From positions 1-52,191 of the forward strand of contig CALZKW010000001.1 of NCBI GenBank assembly GCA_945788095.1: a stretch of 52,191 bases of DNA, given 5' to 3'. The notes under the pieces are model-generated. The model was not told the DNA's origin and did not search any database. It was given only the letters and a program-made list of their open reading frames with translations. The translations under genes were made by a program, and so were the position numbers. The first letter of the stretch is position 1; the number at the start of each line of letters is the position of its first letter. Below, in pieces: positions 15,449 through 25,088 of this stretch. Origin of the DNA: an uncultured Prevotellaceae bacterium. GTDB taxonomy: Bacteria; Bacteroidota; Bacteroidia; Bacteroidales; Bacteroidaceae.

Positions 15449-17934
15449 TGCTTGATGATTTTACGGTTGTTGGTGATATAGATATGTCCATCGGTCAGCT
15501 GTGTGGCGGGCATGCCGTTGAGCTGATACGTGGGAGCGGTGTGCTGCTGGAGTGTGAGGGGGGCGATGGCCGTCATGGGTGTGCGGCTCTGGTAGACCTT
15601 CTGGCGTGTGCCGTCGTAGCCCACAGCCATGATGTAGGCAGCGGCGGTGTCATCACCCTCCCAGCGCTCATTGGGGTAGAGCACCTGTGTGGAGGTGTGT
15701 GGACGCTCACTGCCAAGGCCGTGGACGGTGATGCGAATGAGACGGTTGCAGACGTCGTAGGTCTCATAGGCCACGGCATTGCGCACGATGCTGTGATCGA
15801 TGGTCACCTTGGCGTCGGCGATGCTGTGTGTGCATCCCTCGCCCAGTGTCTGGGGCACGGTGAGGGGGAGTGCGTCGCGATAGATGGGATAGTTGTAGGC
15901 CGTGATGTAGTTGATCTCCTCGCCCACTTCGGGGTAACCCTTGGAGCACACGTGGGCCTTGAGCTGGTCTATCATGCCTTGGTTGATCTTGACCCACCCC
16001 GAGGTGTAGTCGCCGATGTACTCGCTGATGGGGCGGAGCATGCCGGCGCGCTCGAAGAAGGGCAGGAGATTGAGCCCAGTGCTGTCGCAGGCTATCTTCA
16101 TCCAGTTGACCTGCTGCTGTCCGGGGGTGGCATAGGTGGAGAGGTAGCCGGGCGTGGTGCGGAGGCTCTCGATGACCATGGGGATGATGTCGGGACACTT
16201 GCCGGCCTTGGTGCCCCACAGGCAGAGCTGCCAGAAGGGCACGAGCTTGACGAAGACACTGTGGGAGCGCTTCACGGCCATGGTGGTGCCCACGTAGCGG
16301 CCCTCGTAGTCGTAGTCGTCCACCTCGATGGGGGGCTGCTTGGAGGCATCCCACTCAGGGTCGTCCTGCAACTGCCATGCCACGCCCTTGCGGACGCCCT
16401 CCTCGAGGTAGGTCTGGATGCTGCCGCCGCGCATCTTCTCATATTCGCCCTGGCCGGCCTTGCCATCCTCGAGTCGGAGGTCGAGTTCGGTGCCATAGGC
16501 GTGAAGCTGACACCATGCGGCATAGATGTTGTTGGAGGTTTCGCCGAGTCCGGGCCAGAGGAATCCGTAGGCTATCTGATTGTTGTGGCCCCACTCATGA
16601 CCGACCACCCAATAGTCGAAATTCTCTATCGAGGGCTTCATGATGAATCCGAGGTAGGGCATGTCGCAGTAGGAGCCCGACCCGTCGGCAGCGATGCCCT
16701 TGCGGTCGGAGGCATAGAAGAGCTGGCGGTTGCGCACCTGGCGTCCGTAGCGGAAGAGTCCGAGCATGTCGCGCTGTCCCCACTGTATCTGTTCGTAGAT
16801 GTCGGTGAGGAGCTCGATGTCGTCGGGGCAGTAGGTCTTCCAGTGCCACAGGGGGAAGGCCAACTGGGCATGCTCGGTGCGCACGATGAAGATGGTGTAG
16901 TCCTTGGGCTGTCGGGCCAGCATCTGCTGCCAGTCGGCATTGGTCATGGTGTCCTTGTCCCAATAGCCTCGCACGGGGGCTGCCATGAAGTGGAGCTTGA
17001 CCTTGGGCGCGTGCTTGTAGTTGGGGGTGTAGTAGTCCACGAAGACGTTGCCCTCGCTCTGGGCCGTGATGAGGTTGATGCCATTCTTGAGCTGGTAGGT
17101 GGTCTCTGCCTCACTGTATCCCCATGCCTTGATGGTCAGCCCCACGGGGTCGTCGGCGATGCCCGAGACGGCCACCAGCATGCTCTCGCCCTCCTTGAGG
17201 TAGATGCCCGAGGGGTTCTCCCACCTGTTGTAGGGGTCCTTGGTGCCGAGCTCGCGCTGCAGGTCGTAGACGGGCTGGTAGGCCTCATACTGGCCCACTC
17301 GGAAACGGCCGTAGTCGCTGCCCTCGGCCAGCATGCAGTCCACGAGGGCCTTCACGTCGGGGTCGTCGATGCCCTCGCTGCTGGTCACCTCGGGGCGGAG
17401 TACAGAGTAGACATCATCAGAGAAGTAGGTCTGATAGAGCTGGCTCTTCTCTGTGTCGAGGGCATAGGCCTCCACCTCGGCTGCGGATGCCTTCTCGTAG
17501 TAGCCGTAGCGCACGGTGAAGCGCACACGGCGTATGTCGACGCCCTTGGGGATGGGGAATTCGGCGGGCTGGCTGCCATCGTCAAACTTGTCGTCGAAGA
17601 AGGTGACCCAGTCCGTCTCGCCCGATGCACTGACGGAGTACTGCACCTCCACTTCGTCCCAATAGCCCTCGGGGTTGCCGTCCTGGCGGGGCACGTAGCG
17701 CACCATATCGACGCGCTGTCGCTCGGGCAGCGTGAGCGTCAGTATAGCGGGATCGTAGGAGGCTATCTGCCCCGTCTGCCACACGGTGGATGCATCGCCG
17801 TCGATGACATTAGAGGCGGGGAATCCCGTGGCGGCCTTGTTGCTCTGCGCCTTCGAGAAGGCCACACGCTTGAACTGGGCCATCGCCGTGGCCGCAAGAC
17901 ATATCAGGAGGATTGTGGTCAGTGCTCTTTTCAT
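15445..17934 (-). CDS. M60-like (enhancin-type) zinc metallopeptidase with N-terminal F5/8 type C domain and T9SS CTD
   Basis: 829 aa with signal peptide MKRALTTILLICLAATAMAQ. Discoidin-like NVIDGDASTVWQT. HEXXH motif in VVGHEWGHNNQ. C-terminal YQLNGMPATQLTDGHIYITNNRKIIKQ. Confidence 0.85.
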   Translation of the reverse strand: MKRALTTILLICLAATAMAQFKRVAFSKAQSNKAATGFPASNVIDGDASTVWQTGQIASYDPAILTLTLPERQRVDMVRYVPRQDGNPEGYWDEVEVQYSVSASGETDWVTFFDDKFDDGSQPAEFPIPKGVDIRRVRFTVRYGYYEKASAAEVEAYALDTEKSQLYQTYFSDDVYSVLRPEVTSSEGIDDPDVKALVDCMLAEGSDYGRFRVGQYEAYQPVYDLQRELGTKDPYNRWENPSGIYLKEGESMLVAVSGIADDPVGLTIKAWGYSEAETTYQLKNGINLITAQSEGNVFVDYYTPNYKHAPKVKLHFMAAPVRGYWDKDTMTNADWQQMLARQPKDYTIFIVRTEHAQLAFPLWHWKTYCPDDIELLTDIYEQIQWGQRDMLGLFRYGRQVRNRQLFYASDRKGIAADGSGSYCDMPYLGFIMKPSIENFDYWVVGHEWGHNNQIAYGFLWPGLGETSNNIYAAWCQLHAYGTELDLRLEDGKAGQGEYEKMRGGSIQTYLEEGVRKGVAWQLQDDPEWDASKQPPIEVDDYDYEGRYVGTTMAVKRSHSVFVKLVPFWQLCLWGTKAGKCPDIIPMVIESLRTTPGYLSTYATPGQQQVNWMKIACDSTGLNLLPFFERAGMLRPISEYIGDYTSGWVKINQGMIDQLKAHVCSKGYPEVGEEINYITAYNYPIYRDALPLTVPQTLGEGCTHSIADAKVTIDHSIVRNAVAYETYDVCNRLIRITVHGLGSERPHTSTQVLYPNERWEGDDTAAAYIMAVGYDGTRQKVYQSRTPMTAIAPLTLQQHTAPTYQLNGMPATQLTDGHIYITNNRKIIKQ

Positions 17935-17959
17935 AGCTTACATATAATATATGGTGGGG

Positions 17960-18158
17960 AGGGGAGTACTCCATAGGGGGGGGCAATAGAGTACTTAATA
18001 GAGTGTCAATGGAGTACTCCATCTCGAGCAGAGCGCTCTATTGGTAGGAAGGAGAGCGCTCTGGTGGTGGGGAGCAGAGCGCTCTGCTTGATGCATGCGA
18101 TGCGCTTAGTATGGTGCAAATGATGCGCATTGCACGGGGAAGGTACTATGCGCATCAT
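17960..18158. repeat. Array with period of about 23 bp carrying nine short palindromic cores of three types
   Basis: GAGTACT occurs at 17964, 17989 and 18012. GAGCGCTC occurs at 18031, 18054 and 18077. ATGCGC(AT) occurs at 18100, 18123 and 18148. The array lies in the 230-bp spacer upstream of the M60 gene. Confidence 0.85.
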
Positions 18159-18164
18159 GGTGTT

Positions 18165-19010
18165 TTACTGCTTGTAGAACTTCTTGGTCATAAACTCCTG
18201 CACACGCTTGCCAATCTTCTGCTGAATGGCGCCGCCCTCGGTGGGATTCATCGATGCAGTGGCCTTGATGTAGCGCTGCACGATGTCCTGGCTGCAGATC
18301 TCGATGCCGAGTTTGAGGTCGTCGGTGGTGAATGCGGGATAGCACATGCGGAGAGTGGTCTCGGGCAGAGATTCGGTGAGATAGGTCTTGATCTTGGCCA
18401 TCTTCTCGTTGCTCTCGTCGAGTTTGTCGTCGATATCCTCGAGGGCAGCACCAGCGCTGAGCTTGAAGTACTCATTGAAGAGGGTGCGGTAGTCCTCGGG
18501 GCAGTCCACCTTCTCCACGGGGGGCAGTTCGCCACCCATAGCCACGGTCATGGTGGCGGTCATCACCTCGGTCATCATGGGGGTCATGTTCTCGGTCAAC
18601 TTTTTGCAGCTCTCAAGGAACTTCTTGCCCTTGGGACTCTTGTAGACGGCGAGGAGCTCTGTAAGCTCCTCCTCGGAGAAACCATCCTCGAGAGTGGGAG
18701 CCACATAGTCGACCATATCGGTGACGAACTCGTCGCTGTCGATGTAGGGAGCGATGACCTCGTCCATCATGCCGTTGAGCATATCGCCGACTTGCTGCAG
18801 GTCGTCGCTGCTCTGGCCGCTTAGGCCGGCCATCTGCTGCAGGAGGCCACCGAAGGCCTGCTTGATGCTCTCCTTCATGCTCCTGGGCGAGAAGTTGGAG
18901 GTGCCGAGCTCGATGAGCTCACGTGTCTTCTGCTTGTAGGAATCACTCTGTGCCATGGTGCTTAAGCTCATGCACATCAGCATGGCGAGCGACAGGATTG
19001 TCTTTTTCAT
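18165..19010 (-). CDS. DUF2059-like secreted protein
   Basis: 281 aa with signal peptide MKKTILSLAMLMCMSLSTMAQ. Contains FSEEELTELLAVYKSPKGKKFLES, which resembles the DUF2059 motif. Confidence 0.7.
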   Translation of the reverse strand: MKKTILSLAMLMCMSLSTMAQSDSYKQKTRELIELGTSNFSPRSMKESIKQAFGGLLQQMAGLSGQSSDDLQQVGDMLNGMMDEVIAPYIDSDEFVTDMVDYVAPTLEDGFSEEELTELLAVYKSPKGKKFLESCKKLTENMTPMMTEVMTATMTVAMGGELPPVEKVDCPEDYRTLFNEYFKLSAGAALEDIDDKLDESNEKMAKIKTYLTESLPETTLRMCYPAFTTDDLKLGIEICSQDIVQRYIKATASMNPTEGGAIQQKIGKRVQEFMTKKFYKQ

Positions 19011-19041
19011 TGTATTATTTTGTTTGTTGTAAGTTTATTAT

Positions 19042-19090
19042 TTAACAACGGAAAGAACAGAATTATATCTTTCTGTTTGTTCCGTTGTTA
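19042..19090 (-). terminator. Long hairpin of the AACAACGGAACAAACAGAA family, downstream of glnN
   Basis: TTAACAACGGAAAGAACAGAA / TTCTGTTTGTTCCGTTGTTA, a stem of about 20 bp with 2 mismatches. There is no clear U-tract. Confidence 0.5.
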
Positions 19091-19111
19091 GAAAATAGTC
19101 CCGGTCAGCAG

Positions 19112-19133
19112 CCGTTGTCTGTTGTCCGTTGTC
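19112..19133 (-). repeat. Heptamer repeat (sense GACAACG GACAACA GACAACG) just after the glnN stop
   Basis: Plus strand reads CCGTTGT CTGTTGT CCGTTGT C. Confidence 0.85.
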
Positions 19134-19144
19134 AGAAAAGAGCC

Positions 19145-21337
<2,193 letters not shown>

Positions 21338-21357
21338 CTATATCTATTATATTGTTG

Positions 21358-21393
21358 TTGGGCTAATTGGACCAATTGGATTAATTGGACTAA
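21358..21393 (-). repeat. 9-bp tandem array (sense TAGNCCAAT), 4 units, in the aguB-glnN spacer
   Basis: Plus strand reads TTGGGCTAA TTGGACCAA TTGGATTAA TTGGACTAA. The last unit overlaps the aguB stop codon. Confidence 0.9.
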
Positions 21394-22265
21394 TCAATGA
21401 ATCGCTTGGTGAGACCACCGAACTCCTCGATGCGACGGTCGCGCAGGAAGGGCCACCAGCGGCGCACATTCTCGCTGCGCTGCATGTCGACCTCGACCAC
21501 CACGTTCTCCTCCTTGTCCTTGGAGGCGCGGTAGAGCACCTCGCCCTGGGGACCGGCTACAAACGAACTGCCCCAGAACTGTATGCCGTTGGTCTGACCG
21601 CTGGGGTCGGGCTCGTGGCCTACCCTGTTGACAGCAATGACGGGCAGACCATTGGCCACAGCATGGCCGCGCTGCACGGTGGTCCATGCCTCGCGCTGGC
21701 GCTCCTGCTCCTCGGGGGTGTCGCTGCTCTCATAGCCGATGGCGGTGGGATAGATGAGCAGTTCGGCTCCCTGCAGGGCCATGAGGCGCGCTCCCTCGGG
21801 ATACCACTGGTCCCAGCACACCTGCACGCCGAGACGGCCCAGAGAGGTCTGGATGGGGTGGAAACCGAGATCGCCGGGGGTGAAATAGAACTTCTCGTAG
21901 TAGGCGGGATCGTCGGGGATGTGCATCTTGCGATACTTGCCGGCTATGCTGCCATCAGTGTCGAAGACCACGGCGGTGTTGTGGTAGAGGCCTGCTGCAC
22001 GACGCTCGAAGAGGGAGGTAACGAGCACTATGCCATACATGCGGGCTATCGTGCTGTAGAAGTCGGTGCTGGGACCGGGGATGGGCTCAGCCAGATTGCA
22101 GAGGTCGACATTCTCTGTCTGACAGAAGTACAGACTGTTGTGGAGCTCCTGCAGCACCACGAGCTGGGCGCCCTGCTTCACCACGTCGGCTATGTTGTTG
22201 GCCAGTTTCTCTTTGTTTTGCTGCACATCAGCCGTGCAGCTCTGCTGGATGATTCCTATTTTCAT
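21390..22265 (-). CDS. aguB: N-carbamoylputrescine amidase (carbon-nitrogen hydrolase family)
   Basis: 291 aa. LVVLQELH, CWDQWYPE and the adjacency to agmatine deiminase support the call. Confidence 0.88.
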   Translation of the reverse strand: MKIGIIQQSCTADVQQNKEKLANNIADVVKQGAQLVVLQELHNSLYFCQTENVDLCNLAEPIPGPSTDFYSTIARMYGIVLVTSLFERRAAGLYHNTAVVFDTDGSIAGKYRKMHIPDDPAYYEKFYFTPGDLGFHPIQTSLGRLGVQVCWDQWYPEGARLMALQGAELLIYPTAIGYESSDTPEEQERQREAWTTVQRGHAVANGLPVIAVNRVGHEPDPSGQTNGIQFWGSSFVAGPQGEVLYRASKDKEENVVVEVDMQRSENVRRWWPFLRDRRIEEFGGLTKRFID

Positions 22266-22275
22266 TGTTTATTGA

Positions 22276-22311
22276 TTGGACTAATTGGACTAATAAGGCT
22301 AATTGCCCCCC
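22276..22311 (-). repeat. 9-bp tandem array (sense TAGNCCAAT), 3-4 units, in the aguA-aguB spacer
   Basis: Plus strand reads TTGGACTAA TTGGACTAA TAAGGCTAA TTGCCCCCC. Confidence 0.85.
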
Positions 22312-23442
22312 CTACTTCACCACCCCGAGGGGGAACTGCATGGTGCAGCAGTGGAGCGATCCGTGCTGTATGATGAGGGCCTGGCAGTCGATGCCTACTA
22401 TCTCGTGGTGGGGGAAGGCCAGTTGCAGTTGCTTGCGGGCCTGTGCGTCGAGCTCGGGCTGACCATAGGTGGGCATGAGCACGGCTTCGTTGACAATGAG
22501 GAAGTTGGCATAGGTGGCGGGCAGTCGCTCGCCGTCCTCGTCGTAGGCTGGAGCTGCCATGGGCAGTGGCACGAGGCGATAGGGTTCGCCCTCTGCGGTG
22601 CGGAATGTCTTGAGCTGCTCCTCCATCAGGTGGAGTTCCTCGTAGTGCTCGTCCTCGGTGTCGAGACACTGCACATAGGCGATGGTGTCGCAGGGACAGA
22701 GGCGCGCCAGGGTGTCGACGTGGCTGTCGGTGTCGTCGCCGGCCAGATAGCCGTGGTCGAGCCAGAGGATGCGCTGGGCATGCAGGCTGCGCTTGAGGCG
22801 CTCCTCGATGTCGGCCTGCGTGAGGGGCTGGTTGCGGTGGGGAGCGAGCAGACACTGACTGGTGGTGAGGATGGTGCCGCAGCCGTCGCTCTCGATGCTG
22901 CCGCCCTCGAGCACAAAGTCGAGGTGGTCCTCATAGGTGCCGCGGAGCACCTGCTGCTCCATCATGCGGCGGCAGATCTGGTTGTCGAGCGCGGCTTCAA
23001 ACTTCTCGCCCCATCCATTGAAGCAGAAGTCGAGGAGGGTGGGTCCCTGCTCGGTGAGGAGGGTGATGAAACCATGGTCGCGCGCCCAGGTGTCATTGGT
23101 AGGTGCCTCGTGGAGACTGATATTGGCCACCACGGCCGAGGGCAGTTTCTCGTCGAGGAGAGCCTTGACCTCGCTGACGTGGGGGGTGATGATAATGAGG
23201 CGCTCGCGGCGCGCTATCTCGTAGGCCATGCGCAGGTAGCACCCGGTGACCTGTGGCAGTATGGGGGCCCAGTCGGTGTCGGCATGGGGCCAAGTGAGTT
23301 GCACACCGCTCTGGGGATACCACTCGGCAGGCAGATGGGTGGTGCGCACCTCGGTGGCCTCCGGACCTGCCACACGGTCGAAGCGCAGCGTGCGGGTCAG
23401 GTCTTCTATCGTTGTCGTTGGTTTACTGAATCGTATTGCCAT
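22312..23442 (-). CDS. aguA: Agmatine deiminase (PAD_porph family)
   Basis: 376 aa. Contains LPAEWYPQ, NDTWARDHG, GGSIESDG, DTDSHVD and the C-terminal GSLHCCTMQ. Confidence 0.88.
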   Translation of the reverse strand: MAIRFSKPTTTIEDLTRTLRFDRVAGPEATEVRTTHLPAEWYPQSGVQLTWPHADTDWAPILPQVTGCYLRMAYEIARRERLIIITPHVSEVKALLDEKLPSAVVANISLHEAPTNDTWARDHGFITLLTEQGPTLLDFCFNGWGEKFEAALDNQICRRMMEQQVLRGTYEDHLDFVLEGGSIESDGCGTILTTSQCLLAPHRNQPLTQADIEERLKRSLHAQRILWLDHGYLAGDDTDSHVDTLARLCPCDTIAYVQCLDTEDEHYEELHLMEEQLKTFRTAEGEPYRLVPLPMAAPAYDEDGERLPATYANFLIVNEAVLMPTYGQPELDAQARKQLQLAFPHHEIVGIDCQALIIQHGSLHCCTMQFPLGVVK

Positions 23443-23493
23443 TTTTTAGGTTGTAGGTTATAGGTGGGAGGTTGATTGAGGTTATGAGGTCCT

Positions 23494-23538
23494 ATTGGGC
23501 TTATTAGGCTAATTGGGCTAATTGGGCTAATCCCTAAA
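23494..23538 (-). repeat. 9-bp tandem array (sense TAGNCCAAT), about 5 units, in the GH125-aguA spacer
   Basis: Plus strand reads ATTGGGCTT ATTAGGCTA ATTGGGCTA ATTGGGCTA ATCCCTAAA. It is flanked on both sides by CCTAAAA-type heptamers. Confidence 0.9.
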
Positions 23539-23572
23539 ATCCCAAAAGCGAAGCGCCCTAAAACCTAAAACC

Positions 23573-25000
23573 TCACCTACCATACACATCGATCACCAGT
23601 TCGCCAAAGAGGGTGTTGGCCCATGCGAACCATGAGCGGGTGAACTTGGTGGGGTTGTCCTTGTTGAAACTCTCGTGCATGAAGCCTGTGCCGGCATCGG
23701 TGGCCAGGAGTTGGGCGATGCAAGCCTCCTGTTCGCTGCGGTTGGTGGTGGTGAGGGCCTTCATGATGATGCTCATGGGCCACACGTTGTCGTAGCCGGT
23801 GTGGGGACCGCCGATGCCCTCGCCAGCCTTGCCGCTGAAGAAGTAGGGATTCTGGTGGCTCCATATCATGCGGCGGGTGTTCTGGTAGATGGGGTCGGAG
23901 ATGGACATCTCGGTGAGATAGGGCAGAGAGAGGAGCGAGGGGGCGTTGGCATCGTCCATGAGGAGATGCGAACCGAAACCGTCGACCTCGAAGGCGTAGA
24001 CCTTGCCATACTGGGGCGTGTCGACCACGGCGTAGCGCCTCAGGGCTGCCTCCACCTCATTGGCCAGAGCGGTGCACTCCGCAGAGAGTGCGTCGTTGTG
24101 GTTCACCTTGTCGAGCACCGTGGCGGCCTTGCGCAGGATGCTGACGGCAAAGAAATTGCTGGGCACGAGGAAGGGGAACACGCAGCTGTCGTCGGAGGGA
24201 CGGAAGAAACTGGCAATGAGCCCCACGGGATTGGCGGGATGGCCGTAGCCGTAGTTGCTCACCGTGTCGTGGAGGGCACTGGTGGTGCGGGCAAAGGTGT
24301 AGGGTGTGCGGTTGCCACGCTTGCGCTGCTGGTCGCGGAAGACCTGTAGCATCTTCTCCACAGCCTCTATCCACTTGGCGTCGAAGATGGTGTCGTCGCC
24401 CGTCAGCAACCAGTATTCGTAGGCCAGACGCACGGGATAGCAGAGCGAGTCGATCTCGTACTTGCGCTCATGGAGCTCAGGCTTCATGTCGGTGTAGTCG
24501 GACTGCCACTCGCTGCCCGTGGGGCCGAAGTTGAAGGCATTGGCATAGGGGTCGATGCAGATGCTCTTGATCTGGCGGCGGATGACGCCGCGTATCATGC
24601 GCTGCAGGTCCTTGTCGTCCTTCATATAGCGCAGATAGGGCCACACTTGGGCGGCACTGTCGCGCAACCACATGGCATGGATGTCGCCCGTGATGACAAA
24701 GGTGTCGTCGTCGCCGTCCTCCGTCTTGCTGTAGTGCACCGTGGTGTCGAGGGTATTGGGAAAACAGTTCTGAAAAGTCCACCAGAGTTGTGGATTCTTG
24801 CGGAGCAGTATGTCGCGCATCGACTCTATCTTGCGGTCGATGGCCTTGCTGCGGAAGAGGCGCTTCTCGGGCGCCGGGCGCTGCGAGGTGAAGGTATCGG
24901 CCTCCACACGGGCCAACTCGGGGATGGTGGGCATCTCCGCCGCCCCACTCAGCGTAGGGAGCGCAAAGAGAGACGCCATGAGGATATGGATGGATTTCAT
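23573..25000 (-). CDS. GH125 exo-alpha-1,6-mannosidase (DUF1237 family)
   Basis: 475 aa with a signal peptide. TGDIHAMWLRDSAAQVWPYLRY is a GH125 hallmark. Confidence 0.85.
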   Translation of the reverse strand: MKSIHILMASLFALPTLSGAAEMPTIPELARVEADTFTSQRPAPEKRLFRSKAIDRKIESMRDILLRKNPQLWWTFQNCFPNTLDTTVHYSKTEDGDDDTFVITGDIHAMWLRDSAAQVWPYLRYMKDDKDLQRMIRGVIRRQIKSICIDPYANAFNFGPTGSEWQSDYTDMKPELHERKYEIDSLCYPVRLAYEYWLLTGDDTIFDAKWIEAVEKMLQVFRDQQRKRGNRTPYTFARTTSALHDTVSNYGYGHPANPVGLIASFFRPSDDSCVFPFLVPSNFFAVSILRKAATVLDKVNHNDALSAECTALANEVEAALRRYAVVDTPQYGKVYAFEVDGFGSHLLMDDANAPSLLSLPYLTEMSISDPIYQNTRRMIWSHQNPYFFSGKAGEGIGGPHTGYDNVWPMSIIMKALTTTNRSEQEACIAQLLATDAGTGFMHESFNKDNPTKFTRSWFAWANTLFGELVIDVYGR

Positions 25001-25081
25001 ATTGGGCTAATTGGGCTAATAAGACTAATTGGGCCTATTGGGCTAATAAGACTAATTGGGCTAATCGGGCCTATCATGCTA
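25001..25081 (-). repeat. 9-bp tandem array (sense TAGCCCAAT), 9 units with 27-bp higher-order periodicity, filling the GH92-GH125 spacer
   Basis: Plus strand reads ATTGGGCTA ATTGGGCTA ATAAGACTA / ATTGGGCCT ATTGGGCTA ATAAGACTA / ATTGGGCTA ATCGGGCCT ATCATGCTA. Confidence 0.95.
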
Positions 25082-25088
25082 CCTCCCT

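Noticed and set aside
15448-17976. Very long antisense ORFs opposite real genes, for example 15448..17976(+), 19223..21334(+), 25518..27284(+), 10771..12354(+), 13181..14791(+), 31534..33093(-), 27915..29483(+), 37872..39473(+)
   Set aside because: These are shadow ORFs, typical of GC3-rich coding regions. Their translations are low-complexity (rich in G, A, V, H, D, L) with no recognisable domains, whereas the opposite strand encodes clear homologues.
17960-18158. CRISPR-like mini-arrays, considered for all arrays with a 22-23 bp period (also 4267-4407, 10004-10096, 51992-52092)
   Set aside because: The cores are only 8-11 nt and the spacers about 10-12 nt, far below CRISPR dimensions. In the 4267 array there is no variable spacer at all.
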